The notes beneath the pieces are model-generated. The model had not been told where the DNA came from. It was given only the letters and a program-made list of their open reading frames with translations, and did not search any database. This document shows positions 1 through 8,852 of a DNA stretch of 64,000 bases, one piece after another. The position numbers and the translations under genes are program-made. The first letter of the stretch is position 1. Each line of letters opens with the position of its first letter. The DNA is from an uncultured Candidatus Woesearchaeota archaeon (GTDB lineage: Archaea > Nanobdellota > Nanobdellia > Woesearchaeales > UBA10107), in the NCBI GenBank assembly GCA_963835585.1, contig CAWIGF010000001.1, positions 125,160 through 189,159 on the forward strand, given 5' to 3'.

Positions 1-492
1 TCCGGTGGTGTGGTTACTACTTTAGCCGGGTCGGCAGGGGTCACAGGCTCCGCCAACGGAACAGGCTCAGCCGCCTCTTTTAATAATCCATATGGAGTCT
101 CAGTTGACATTTCTGGAAAAGTGTATGTAGCGGATACCGGCAACAATCTGATAAGAAAAATTACATCCGGGGGTGTTGTTTCGACTTTAGCCGGATCGGG
201 GTCTGTCGGTTCAGCCAATGGCAATGGAAGTTCCGCATCGTTTAATAATCCTTATGGAGTCGCGGTTGATAAATATGGAAAAGTCTATGTCGCGGATACA
301 TTCAATAATCTTATACAGGAAATTACTCCATGGGGAACGGTGACAACACTCGCAGGGTCTGGATCTATAGGGTCCGCAGATGGAACGGGGACTTCCGCAT
401 CGTTCTTTTCTCCAAATGGAGTCGCGGTCGACGCTTACGGGAAGGTTTACGTCGCGGATAGTGGCAACTACTTAATTCGAATAATTCAATAA
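1..492 (+). CDS. NHL-repeat (beta-propeller) protein, C-terminal fragment; 5' end outside window
   Basis: The frame is open from nt 1. Three ~54-aa tandem units carry the NHL signature (TLAGSG..GSA.G.G..ASF..P.GVAVD..GKVYVAD..N.LI..I). Stop at 490-492. Confidence 0.75.
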   Translation, partial: SGGVVTTLAGSAGVTGSANGTGSAASFNNPYGVSVDISGKVYVADTGNNLIRKITSGGVVSTLAGSGSVGSANGNGSSASFNNPYGVAVDKYGKVYVADTFNNLIQEITPWGTVTTLAGSGSIGSADGTGTSASFFSPNGVAVDAYGKVYVADSGNYLIRIIQ

Positions 493-970
493 TTTATTGA
501 TCCGGTTAGTTTGTTTCTTGTTGGTAGGAGGATTTGTTTATGATGAAAACGTTTTTTCTAAAATTTCGTATTTGCTCCATCAACATTTTTATTTTTTCAA
601 TGATTTTTTCTTTTTTTCTTTTCTGATTTTTAAATTTCAAAAATCTTTTCCGAGAGCAGGCCACAAAACGCATCCCCGAATCCAGTTACTAGAAATTCTT
701 CAAATGGATGACTGCAGGGATAAGACCGCCCATTTTCCCAAAGTCCAATTTCATAAGGAGAGTAAAAACAAGGTATGATAAAAAGCTTTCTCCTGGTGGG
801 GGAACTCACGAATTTATTTTGACAGTAAAAAGTAACATGTACTAATCACAATTAAAGTAAAGCTTTAAAAATAATGAGCATTGTTTCGGATGCACGGACA
901 TCATAAAGTATTGAGTTTTAAGGGGAAGATTTAAATAAAAGCACATGAAACCACAAAACAGTGATGATTG

Positions 971-1819
971 ATGGGTTTAATGAACAAGATTGAAATGCAC
1001 ACAAAATCAGCTATATGCGGTCTCGGTTTGCTTGCTCTAATAGGGTTGCCACATAATGCTAAGGCTCATCCTGATTTCTCCGTTGAACTAAACGGGCAAT
1101 ATGCTCGTCCGGTTCTTAATGTGAATAGTGTTGGACATAAAAATGGTGCAGGAACCTCTCTGGAAATTGAAGTTCTGCCTATTGACACAATATCTCTTGG
1201 CATTGGTACTGGCATTGACGGATATTTTGGAAGCAGCACAAGTTTCAAGCAAACTAACTTCTTTGATGCAATCGGAAAGATCATGCCATGGGGAACACAC
1301 AATGATTTTTCCTTGTACGCAACTGGCGGCATCGGAATTGATCCGTTGTCAAACTTGCCAAATGCTAGAAAAGGCAACTATAACGCCTTTGCTGGAATTG
1401 GAAACCTCTATAAAATAACCAACAACTTCTCATTCGACACAAGTGCACGTTTTGATTATTTAACGCCAGTTAAGAAGCCGTTTGAAGCATTAACCGTTTC
1501 CATCGGGATTAGATATTCTTTTGATTCTAACCCAATCAAAAATCGCGTCGAATCCTCTATTCAATCACATGAAATTAAATTACAAAAAGAGACGCTAGCG
1601 AAGACTACGGAAACCACTTCCACAAAAACAAGTCCTGAAGTCAATAACGCTGAATATTTATACGTTATGCCAAAAGATAATTTATGGAGAACAGCGTTAC
1701 GCGCATACAATGATAACTCTAAATGGCCTGAAATATACAAGGCAAACAAAGATCAGATAAAGGATCCTAATGTCATTGAACCAGGACAGAGACTCGTAAT
1801 TCCTACACCAACCGATTAA
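971..1819 (+). CDS. Secreted OMP-like beta-barrel protein with C-terminal LysM domain
   Basis: Signal peptide (..LLALIGLPHNAKA/HP). Alternating-hydrophobic strands end in IGIRYSF, a bacterial OMP-type terminal Phe. The C-terminal YLYVMPKDNLWRTA...IEPGQRLVIP is LysM-like. The first ATG is at 971; the track start at 968 is TTG. Confidence 0.55.
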   Translation: MGLMNKIEMHTKSAICGLGLLALIGLPHNAKAHPDFSVELNGQYARPVLNVNSVGHKNGAGTSLEIEVLPIDTISLGIGTGIDGYFGSSTSFKQTNFFDAIGKIMPWGTHNDFSLYATGGIGIDPLSNLPNARKGNYNAFAGIGNLYKITNNFSFDTSARFDYLTPVKKPFEALTVSIGIRYSFDSNPIKNRVESSIQSHEIKLQKETLAKTTETTSTKTSPEVNNAEYLYVMPKDNLWRTALRAYNDNSKWPEIYKANKDQIKDPNVIEPGQRLVIPTPTD

Positions 1820-3085
1820 TCACACGACACGCTCAACTACTCCCCTCAAATCAAGCGGAGTAGCACGCGTAATCTTAACATCGACTTCTTGACCAATTTT
1901 CAATTTGCCATGTACAACTACTTGTTTGTAGCATGAATTCTTTCCAATAAATGACTTGTTCTTGCCTATTTCAGTTATAAGTATCTTTTCGCTTCTTCCA
2001 ACAAAAGATTTGTTGTGTTCTTCAGCAATAGTGTGAAATAAGTCAACCAATCTATTTATCCTATCTCTGATTATGCCGCCGTTGATTTGCTTCAGCTTTG
2101 AAGATACTGTTCCTGGCCGCGACGAGTACCTTGAATAATTAATCATATCGGGCTTTGTTTCCTTTATTATTTTCAATGTCTCCTCGAAGTCATCCTCGGT
2201 CTCTGTCGGAAACCCACAAATGATATCAGTCATTATCGAAATATTTGGAATCTTCTTCCTTATCTTAGAAACGACATCAACAAATGTCCTTGATGTATAG
2301 CCACGATTCATGTCCTTCAAAACCTTATCGCTCCCTGATTGCAAAGGAATGTGTATGAAACTGAAGACTCTTGGGTCTTTCATAACTTTAACCAACTCAT
2401 CCAAATACGAAACAAAGTGCTGAGGATTACCCATGCCTATTCTTATTTTGAAATCCCTGTCAATTGTCAGAATACTCTTTATAAGTTCAGCGAGATTTGT
2501 CCCGATGTCGAATCCATAGACAGCATTGTCCTGGGACGTCAACCAAATCTCATTGGCACCATTTTCTACTGATTTTGAAACATGACGGACAATATCTTTT
2601 ATAGAATATGACTGCAATGCACCTCGCGCGCGTTTGGTTCCACAGAAAGAACATTGATTCAAGCATCCCATTGACAATGGAACTATCTCAATCAGATTAT
2701 TTTTCCGCATTTTAGGTAGGTTCAGTCGACCTTCATCTTTCCGATCAAGAAATGAAACATTGATACCGCTCAATGTCGAATCGACAACTTCTTTTATTTT
2801 TTTTATCTGATACGTGCCAATTCTGGAGTAATCTCTGTATGCATTTGGCTGTCCTTGTGGGATACAACCAGCTACAACGACTTTTTTATTCTTTAATTTC
2901 TTTAAATTTTTTTCAAAAGTTGCCTGAGCTGAGTTTTTGACGGTACAAGTGTTGTATACAACTATATCTGCTCCATCAGGAGAGTTTACAATCTCATAAC
3001 CTGAATCCTTCAATATTCCCATCATTACCTCAGAATCAGCCGCATTAGCTGAACAACCCTGCGTTATGAAGTGAACTTTTGCCAT
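1820..3085 (-). CDS. Radical-SAM methylthiotransferase, MiaB/CDKAL1 (archaeal-eukaryal MtaB) family
   Basis: N-terminal UPF0004 Cys pattern (GCSANA..NTCTV..AGC), radical-SAM CLNQCSFC, and a C-terminal TRAM-like segment. Confidence 0.85.
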   Translation of the reverse strand: MAKVHFITQGCSANAADSEVMMGILKDSGYEIVNSPDGADIVVYNTCTVKNSAQATFEKNLKKLKNKKVVVAGCIPQGQPNAYRDYSRIGTYQIKKIKEVVDSTLSGINVSFLDRKDEGRLNLPKMRKNNLIEIVPLSMGCLNQCSFCGTKRARGALQSYSIKDIVRHVSKSVENGANEIWLTSQDNAVYGFDIGTNLAELIKSILTIDRDFKIRIGMGNPQHFVSYLDELVKVMKDPRVFSFIHIPLQSGSDKVLKDMNRGYTSRTFVDVVSKIRKKIPNISIMTDIICGFPTETEDDFEETLKIIKETKPDMINYSRYSSRPGTVSSKLKQINGGIIRDRINRLVDLFHTIAEEHNKSFVGRSEKILITEIGKNKSFIGKNSCYKQVVVHGKLKIGQEVDVKITRATPLDLRGVVERVV

Positions 3086-3116
3086 GAAAAATCAATTAAG
3101 TAAAAAATATAAAAAC

Positions 3117-3704
3117 CTATGTTTTTGGCTCCACTATATTTACAAATCCATTTCTTGTCGGTTTGTACCCAGTTAACCTAGTAGCACCATCGACTGTTTC
3201 TATCCACAACTTCTTGTCGAGCGATTCTTCCCTGTTCAAAAAAGATTGTCTGACAAAATCGTAAGAAAACCATATTTTCTTTTCCTTTAGTGCAGTTAAT
3301 CTTAGAAAGAATTGCTCGATATAAACACTCGGAGAAATATTTCTATCGACATCGACTGTAACATGCAGTTTTTTCCCTTCTGCCAACTTTTCCGAAAACT
3401 TGACATCGTTACAAATAGCTTTTTCAAGACCATTGTTAAATTCCAGCAATCCTTTCTCTTCAACCACCGGAATATAAAAGAAGTGATTGTTAAAATGACC
3501 TTCTCCGGAAAGACAAAAACGAATCAATCTTTTTCCATTACAAAAATCAATTACCTTATTCTTTACTGTATCCTCGCTGCTTAAGATATTAAAAGGACGC
3601 ACAAGAGTTATATGTGGGTGATATTTTTTTGAATCTTTAGTAGAAAGAGTCCTTATGTGATCCTTTGCAAACCCCCTTAGCCAGACTTCCAGATAATAAC
3701 TCAT
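3117..3704 (-). CDS. 2H phosphoesterase superfamily protein (LigT / 2',5' RNA ligase-like)
   Basis: Two HxT motifs with typical spacing: HPHITLV and KLHVTVD. Length 195 aa. Confidence 0.6.
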   Translation of the reverse strand: MSYYLEVWLRGFAKDHIRTLSTKDSKKYHPHITLVRPFNILSSEDTVKNKVIDFCNGKRLIRFCLSGEGHFNNHFFYIPVVEEKGLLEFNNGLEKAICNDVKFSEKLAEGKKLHVTVDVDRNISPSVYIEQFFLRLTALKEKKIWFSYDFVRQSFLNREESLDKKLWIETVDGATRLTGYKPTRNGFVNIVEPKT

Positions 3705-3775
3705 TTTATTGGCAAAGAAAAGGAATTTATTAAGTTATCTTAATTTAATGTGCGTGTATAAGGTAAGGACTAAAA

Positions 3776-3979
3776 TCAAGCTTTTTTCAGCATCTCAGTA
3801 TAGCCGCACTTGCCGCAGCTCTTTCGATCCTTGTGCAATGCCAACAAAGAATCCCCGCACTTAGGGCACAAACCGCCCCTTCGTATCAATTTTCCATTCT
3901 CAACCCTATATGCCTTGTAAATCTTATATGTTTTTTTCTTAGCTTCCTTTACGGGAGCCTTTTTCTTAACATCAGCCAT
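3776..3979 (-). CDS. rps27ae: 30S ribosomal protein S27ae (eS31)
   Basis: Lys-rich N-terminus followed by a CPKCG...CGKCG zinc ribbon. Lies immediately downstream of S24e, as in most archaea. Confidence 0.9.
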   Translation of the reverse strand: MADVKKKAPVKEAKKKTYKIYKAYRVENGKLIRRGGLCPKCGDSLLALHKDRKSCGKCGYTEMLKKA

Positions 3980-4291
3980 TTAAGCGCCTTCCTTAACTTC
4001 TTCTTTCTTTGGTTCTTGGAATCCTGTCTTGGCCAATTTCTTTTTCTCCTCAATCCTTTTCAAATCATCTACATTTTTGTAGGTGAACGCTGTTATCTCT
4101 GCCCTCTTGGAGCCGAATGAAGGGCTTATTTTCGTGACAACCACAAGTTTCTCGTCGACATGAGTCTTGCCAGCAATCTCTTTCAGAATATCCGTCCTCT
4201 TGGGGACTGCATTCTCAAATTCGACAGTAGCTGCAAGTCGCTGCCTCGACAACAGCGGCTCTTCTGTGGTTTTTTGTATTGTTATTTTCAT
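3980..4291 (-). CDS. rps24e: 30S ribosomal protein S24e (eS24)
   Basis: MKITIQKTTEEPLLSRQRL...FGSKRAEITAFTYKN is S24e-like. The ATG at 4291 lies 2 nt after the spt4 stop. The track start at 4303 is GTG inside spt4. Confidence 0.9.
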   Translation of the reverse strand: MKITIQKTTEEPLLSRQRLAATVEFENAVPKRTDILKEIAGKTHVDEKLVVVTKISPSFGSKRAEITAFTYKNVDDLKRIEEKKKLAKTGFQEPKKEEVKEGA

Positions 4292-4293
4292 AG

Positions 4294-4479
4294 TTACCTG
4301 CACTTTATCGCATATTCGCCGTTCTCATTATAGCCAGCTTTCTTCGCGACTTCTGACTTTGATGCATCGGTTACAGTAATCCGCCCCTGGTAGCTTGACG
4401 CCAAATCGGCGCTGTGACATCTAGGACAAAGATCCCCTTCAAAAAACAATTTGTCTCGCTTGCAAAGTTTCTTTTTCAT
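4294..4479 (-). CDS. spt4: Transcription elongation factor Spt4 (RpoE'')
   Basis: 61 aa with a C..C..CPRC zinc-binding pattern. Sits between rpo7 and rps24e, the conserved archaeal order. Confidence 0.85.
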   Translation of the reverse strand: MKKKLCKRDKLFFEGDLCPRCHSADLASSYQGRITVTDASKSEVAKKAGYNENGEYAIKCR

Positions 4480-5063
4480 TTTTTCGCCTTCTCTGATTTT
4501 TCCTTGGTTTCCTTAGGAGCTGCCTTTTTGCTTTTGTCTTCATCAATCCAATCGAGTTTTCCAAGTCCTGGTTGTCTCATCGTCAAGCCAAGCTTTGGAT
4601 TCGTGATGTCCTTGAATGAAACAGCAACGACACGCGCCCTGCACGCATCTCCTATCTTCAATGATCTTTTCGAATCTCTGCCACTAAGAACTTTTTCTTT
4701 TGAAAATGTTACAAAATCATCCATGGTCTGCGAAACATGTATCATGCCTTCTATGGGACCCAGATTAATGAACGCACCAAAATCGGCAATATCTTTTATG
4801 GTTCCGTTGATCACTTCATGCATTTCAGGCCTGAACGTCAACAACTCGAACGTAGATTCGTAAAATGAAGCACCATCTCCCGGAATAATGACGCCTTCGC
4901 CTATTTCTTTTACTGAAGAAACATCGATGACAACGCCGATGTCCTGAGATATGAACCCTTCATATTTTTCTTTGATTACTTTCAGTATTGATTTCTCTAC
5001 ATTTTCCGAAAACAAATTGGGCGGAACCCGAATGTGGTCCTTAATAGTTGTCTTGTAAAACAT
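4476..5063 (-). CDS. rpo7: DNA-directed RNA polymerase subunit E' (Rpo7)
   Basis: N-terminal Rpb7-like fold followed by an S1 domain (GTIKDIADFGAFINLGPIEGMIHVSQ). 4-nt overlap with spt4. Confidence 0.9.
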   Translation of the reverse strand: MFYKTTIKDHIRVPPNLFSENVEKSILKVIKEKYEGFISQDIGVVIDVSSVKEIGEGVIIPGDGASFYESTFELLTFRPEMHEVINGTIKDIADFGAFINLGPIEGMIHVSQTMDDFVTFSKEKVLSGRDSKRSLKIGDACRARVVAVSFKDITNPKLGLTMRQPGLGKLDWIDEDKSKKAAPKETKEKSEKAKK

Positions 5064-5064
5064 T

Positions 5065-5445
5065 TTAATCGAGCTCCAGATATTTTTTTTGCCTCAAAAC
5101 GATTGTTTTTACTCCTTTTTTTCTTAGTTTCGACCTCAAAACCCTATCCTGAGTGGCTATGATATAGCCGTCCAAACCAAGGAGTATATTATCTACGTAA
5201 TCTTCAGAGGTTGTTTTTAAAGTCTTCGGTTTTTGAGCCTCCAAGATAGCCTTTGCAAGCCTTGCAGAGGCCTTATCCCTTCCTCTTTGTAATTTTATGA
5301 TTGAATCGAGCTCCTCAAGGCTCTTATCAAGCACATATACCTGATATTTAAAGTGGCAAATCCTTTGCAATTCAGAGTAAATATCAACGTGAAGCTGGGC
5401 TGGAATCATGATAAAATTAGTGTCCAGGATTATTTTATGCACCAT
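5065..5445 (-). CDS. PIN-domain protein (Fcf1/Utp24-like)
   Basis: ILDTNFIM acidic N-terminal motif and IATQD near the C-terminus. Conserved position upstream of rpo7. Confidence 0.75.
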   Translation of the reverse strand: MVHKIILDTNFIMIPAQLHVDIYSELQRICHFKYQVYVLDKSLEELDSIIKLQRGRDKASARLAKAILEAQKPKTLKTTSEDYVDNILLGLDGYIIATQDRVLRSKLRKKGVKTIVLRQKKYLELD

Positions 5446-5490
5446 AACAAGAAAATTATCACAACTCTTTTAAAAACTTTATCTATGTGT

Positions 5491-5505
5491 GGGCTCTGTC
5501 CTAAA
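5491..5505. repeat. IS left terminal inverted repeat (target duplication immediately left, 5484-5490)
   Basis: GGGCTCTGTCCTAAA is the exact reverse complement of 6368-6382. Confidence 0.85.
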
Positions 5506-5564
5506 TCTCTGTAATTCATAAAACTAATAACCCAGACAGCCGCTAGGCTGTTCTGGGGTGGGGA

Positions 5565-6482
5565 GTGAACCCCCACATGGGAAAAGAAACAAAACTAATA
5601 CAAAAACTTAAGCGTTTGTTGAGGAGATTGGGCTGTCCGAGATGGCTGCACCATTTCGGACCGAAGACGTATGAATTTCTGGAGCATTTGCACGCACTGA
5701 TCATCAAGGCATATTGCAGATTGTCCTATCGCAGGGTCCGGGAACACTGCGATTTGCTTGGCATACGATGCCCAAGCAAATCAGCGTTGCAGTATACCGC
5801 TGCAAAACTCGATACAGCTTTCTGGCAGAAAATATTGAGCATAACTTGTGGCAACTCGCATCTCGTTGCCATCGACAGCACAGGTTTGTCGAGGACAAAT
5901 CCGAGCTATCATTATCTGAAGCGCATCGACGGGAATTTCCCTTGTATTCCCATCAAACTAAGCACAGCATTCGACACGCGAAAAAAGAAATTCTGCGCTG
6001 CGAAGATTCGTGTGCTTCCAGCACACGACATCAAGGATGCGAAATTTCTCTTAAAAAACAGTAATCCGAGGATTGCTGTGGCAGACAAAGGATATTCTGC
6101 CGAGTATTTGTTCAAGTTTGCGCATGAGCACAACATGGTGCTCATGGTTCCAGCGAAAAAGAACGCAAAGCGAGGTCGTTATCGTAAGAAAATGGCGAGG
6201 CAGTATCGATTGAGAACGTATCATCGAAGATCGCTTGTTGAATCAAGCAACAGCAGTATAAAACGCAAGTTTGGAGCTAGTGTCAGCTCCAAAACTGTGC
6301 GGACAATCCGCACAGAAGTATATTTGCGGCTAGTCTGCCATAACTTATTTTCTTGGCTTTACCGACTTTTAGGACAGAGCCCTATGTGTGAAGACACCAC
6401 ACTTGTCCAGAATAGTATCAAATATCAACGAATACACGAAAAATGCCAACAACAACTGAACCAAAATTCCTACGCCAATTAA
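5565..6482 (+). CDS. DDE transposase (IS4/IS5 superfamily)
   Basis: DDE residues in AIDSTG, VADKGY and the YHRRSLVESSNSSIKRK block, which fits Y-x2-R-x3-E-x6-K. Start is GTG 5565 or ATG 5577. There is no stop inside the IS; the frame runs 100 nt past the right IR. Confidence 0.85.
   Translation: MNPHMGKETKLIQKLKRLLRRLGCPRWLHHFGPKTYEFLEHLHALIIKAYCRLSYRRVREHCDLLGIRCPSKSALQYTAAKLDTAFWQKILSITCGNSHLVAIDSTGLSRTNPSYHYLKRIDGNFPCIPIKLSTAFDTRKKKFCAAKIRVLPAHDIKDAKFLLKNSNPRIAVADKGYSAEYLFKFAHEHNMVLMVPAKKNAKRGRYRKKMARQYRLRTYHRRSLVESSNSSIKRKFGASVSSKTVRTIRTEVYLRLVCHNLFSWLYRLLGQSPMCEDTTLVQNSIKYQRIHEKCQQQLNQNSYAN
6368..6382. repeat. IS right terminal inverted repeat (target duplication immediately right, 6383-6389)
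   Basis: TTTAGGACAGAGCCC is the exact reverse complement of 5491-5505. Confidence 0.85.
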
Positions 6483-7538
6483 CGAATACCCAAGCAAAGC
6501 AAAAGCCACTGTTACCGTCGCAAGCCCTTTCGGGACAAACAACGCCATCTCAAATTTCTCAAATAGCCTATGTCGCCACAATACAATAACAGCCACAAGC
6601 ATACGGATAATGACATATATCAGGAACATAAACAGCGAAATCCTGAAAAAACGCCAAGAAAGGGGAAGCGGAACGACAATGCCGACTATGATAAACAACA
6701 GAACTGCAACAACAGAATCAAGCATCGAGAAATATGAATCAATCATGTATCTATTTTTCACTAGAACATTGCCGAAGATTATGCCCATTGTAGCTACTGC
6801 TATCAAACCGCTTCCTTGTATCATTTCAGCAAAGACGTATGCAATAAGGAGCGCAAGCACGACTACGAGATATGAAATCGATGAGAGCGATTTTATGTGC
6901 AATGACCTGTAAAGAATCAAGGACATTAGCAATCCTATGCCTATCCCGGCAAGAAGGTTTACAGCCACAGAAAAAATACCAGAAAAGTTGTGGTACCAAA
7001 GCGAGGGAGTACCTGTAACATACATTAGAATTAGGAACGGAATCAACAGAATAAACGCACATGAGATAGTCGATTCATCCTTGAGCAACTGGGCCAATTT
7101 ATTATGAGGAATGTGCTTTCTCGAGAAAACAGCAGAATATTCAATGCAACTAATTAACAAAGAGAAAATAACGGCTGCAAACAGCGAAATTCCAAAAAAT
7201 CTCATTGCCAAATATGACATGGCAAACATGTTAACAATCAAAGCGACAAAGAAAAATAGCAAGGCATCATGAGATGATGCATCGAAATGGCCGAACCTGA
7301 CCTTACTGAGAGCATCAAACAAGACCAACAATAACGCAACAACACTCACGATTTCGAGAAAACTTCCGGGCATTTGAATAATCGAAACGTGCTCGTATTC
7401 AATGTTGCCAAGAATAACACCGAACGCGAATAAAAATAAAGGAAGCGGAACTCTTGTCGCTTTCGCAAGATATATTGATATTATGCCTGCCAAAAGAATA
7501 AATGTTATGCTTATCAGAAACATAAGTAAGTCTATCAT
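6369..7538 (-). CDS. Polytopic membrane protein, cation:proton antiporter-like
   Basis: About 11 hydrophobic helices with a layout resembling the Na+/H+ exchanger family. The last 3 codons and the stop come from the IS right end. Confidence 0.55.
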   Translation of the reverse strand: MIDLLMFLISITFILLAGIISIYLAKATRVPLPLFLFAFGVILGNIEYEHVSIIQMPGSFLEIVSVVALLLVLFDALSKVRFGHFDASSHDALLFFFVALIVNMFAMSYLAMRFFGISLFAAVIFSLLISCIEYSAVFSRKHIPHNKLAQLLKDESTISCAFILLIPFLILMYVTGTPSLWYHNFSGIFSVAVNLLAGIGIGLLMSLILYRSLHIKSLSSISYLVVVLALLIAYVFAEMIQGSGLIAVATMGIIFGNVLVKNRYMIDSYFSMLDSVVAVLLFIIVGIVVPLPLSWRFFRISLFMFLIYVIIRMLVAVIVLWRHRLFEKFEMALFVPKGLATVTVAFALLGYSLIGVGILVQLLLAFFVYSLIFDTILDKCGVFTHRALS

Positions 7539-7620
7539 CGCTTAGAAATAACCAAACTAGGGTTTAAATAAGTTGCCCCAAAAAGAAGAGTATTTAAAGC
7601 GCGCGTCTGAATAAACCCTT

Positions 7621-8817
7621 ATGAAACTATTGAAGGATGTCATCGCAAAAATCAAGCCAAAAAAGAATTCATTCAAGGAAGAGATAATCAAAGTAGTTGA
7701 AACCATAAACAACGAACTCAGGAAAAATAAAATACAAGCCAGAACCTTTGTTGGAGGAAGCTTCGCAAAAGACACGCATCTTATAGGCGATCATGATTGC
7801 GACATCTTTATGCGATTCGCTTATTCATATAAGGATAAGAATATTTCAGATCTCACCGAGAAGGCATTGAAACAATTCAAGTACAAACGCGTTCATGGAT
7901 CTCGCGATTATTTCCAATTCACGAAATCGCTCAACTACGAGGTCGTGCCTGTTCTGAAAATAACAAATCCAGAAAAAGCAGTTAATGTCACTGACGTGTC
8001 TCCCTTGCACGTCGCATGGACTAGAGGACACAAAAAAAGCGATGAAATACGGTTGGCAAAAGCGTTCTGCAAGGCAAACGGAATTTACGGAGCAGAAAGC
8101 TACATAAAAGGATTTTCAGGGCATGTGCTTGACATACTTACAATTTATTACGGATCGTTCATAAAATTGCTAAAAGGAAGTCAAAAATGGAAAGACAAGA
8201 CTATCATCGATATCGAAAAATATCACAAGGACGCTCTGTTCGAACTTAACACATCAAAGACGCAGAGCCCTTTGATTGTAATTGACCCAATCCAGAAAGA
8301 TAGGAATGCCGCTGCCGCGCTAGGTAAGGAGGCGTTCGACATATTCATAAAAAAAGCAAGAGAATTTCTCAAGAATCCAAGCGAAAAGGCTTTCGAGAAA
8401 AAAACAATCAAAAAAGAGGACATCAAGGATGCTTTTATTATGAAAGTAATTCCCTTGGAAGGGAAACGAGACGTTGTAGGGGCAAAAATTCTTAAAGTAA
8501 AAGAGGAAATTGAACGCCAACTTATTCATAATGGATTTGAAATCAAGAGTTCAGGATGGTCATGGAATAACGAGGCACTAATATGGTTCAAGCTCAAAAA
8601 AGAAAAGATTGAGCCGGAAACAACAATGAAGGGACCGCCAATAAAAATGGATATGCATTCTGATGCGTTCAAAAAAATGCACAAAAATGTATTCGAAAAG
8701 AAAGGTATCCTGTATGCGCACGTTAAGCGACAATACACCGATGCGCGAAAACTCCTCACCGATGTAATAAGGGAAGAATACATCAAAGAAAAAACAAAAA
8801 AAATCGACATTCTGTAA
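7621..8817 (+). CDS. cca: CCA-adding enzyme (class I archaeal tRNA nucleotidyltransferase)
   Basis: Pol-beta NTase motif GGSFAKDTHL..DHDCDIF, downstream VSPLHVAW. Length 398 aa. Confidence 0.7.
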   Translation: MKLLKDVIAKIKPKKNSFKEEIIKVVETINNELRKNKIQARTFVGGSFAKDTHLIGDHDCDIFMRFAYSYKDKNISDLTEKALKQFKYKRVHGSRDYFQFTKSLNYEVVPVLKITNPEKAVNVTDVSPLHVAWTRGHKKSDEIRLAKAFCKANGIYGAESYIKGFSGHVLDILTIYYGSFIKLLKGSQKWKDKTIIDIEKYHKDALFELNTSKTQSPLIVIDPIQKDRNAAAALGKEAFDIFIKKAREFLKNPSEKAFEKKTIKKEDIKDAFIMKVIPLEGKRDVVGAKILKVKEEIERQLIHNGFEIKSSGWSWNNEALIWFKLKKEKIEPETTMKGPPIKMDMHSDAFKKMHKNVFEKKGILYAHVKRQYTDARKLLTDVIREEYIKEKTKKIDIL

Positions 8818-8852
8818 TCCGTAATCTTTTTAAATGATTGCGCTATCCCAAT

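Larger units (their letters stand above)
5491..6382 (+). mobile_element. Insertion sequence, IS4/IS5-type (DDE, YREK signature), 892 bp
   Basis: Perfect 15-bp terminal inverted repeats: GGGCTCTGTCCTAAA at 5491-5505 and its reverse complement at 6368-6382. A flanking direct repeat with core TATGTGT lies at 5484-5490 and 6383-6389. One transposase ORF. The element looks more GC-rich than its surroundings by eye. Confidence 0.85.

Noticed and set aside
497-778. 93-aa plus-strand ORF in the spacer after the NHL gene
   Set aside because: It lies in an AT-rich, homopolymer-rich spacer. Its composition is Phe/Leu-biased and low-complexity, with no SD and no recognisable motif. It is most likely non-coding.
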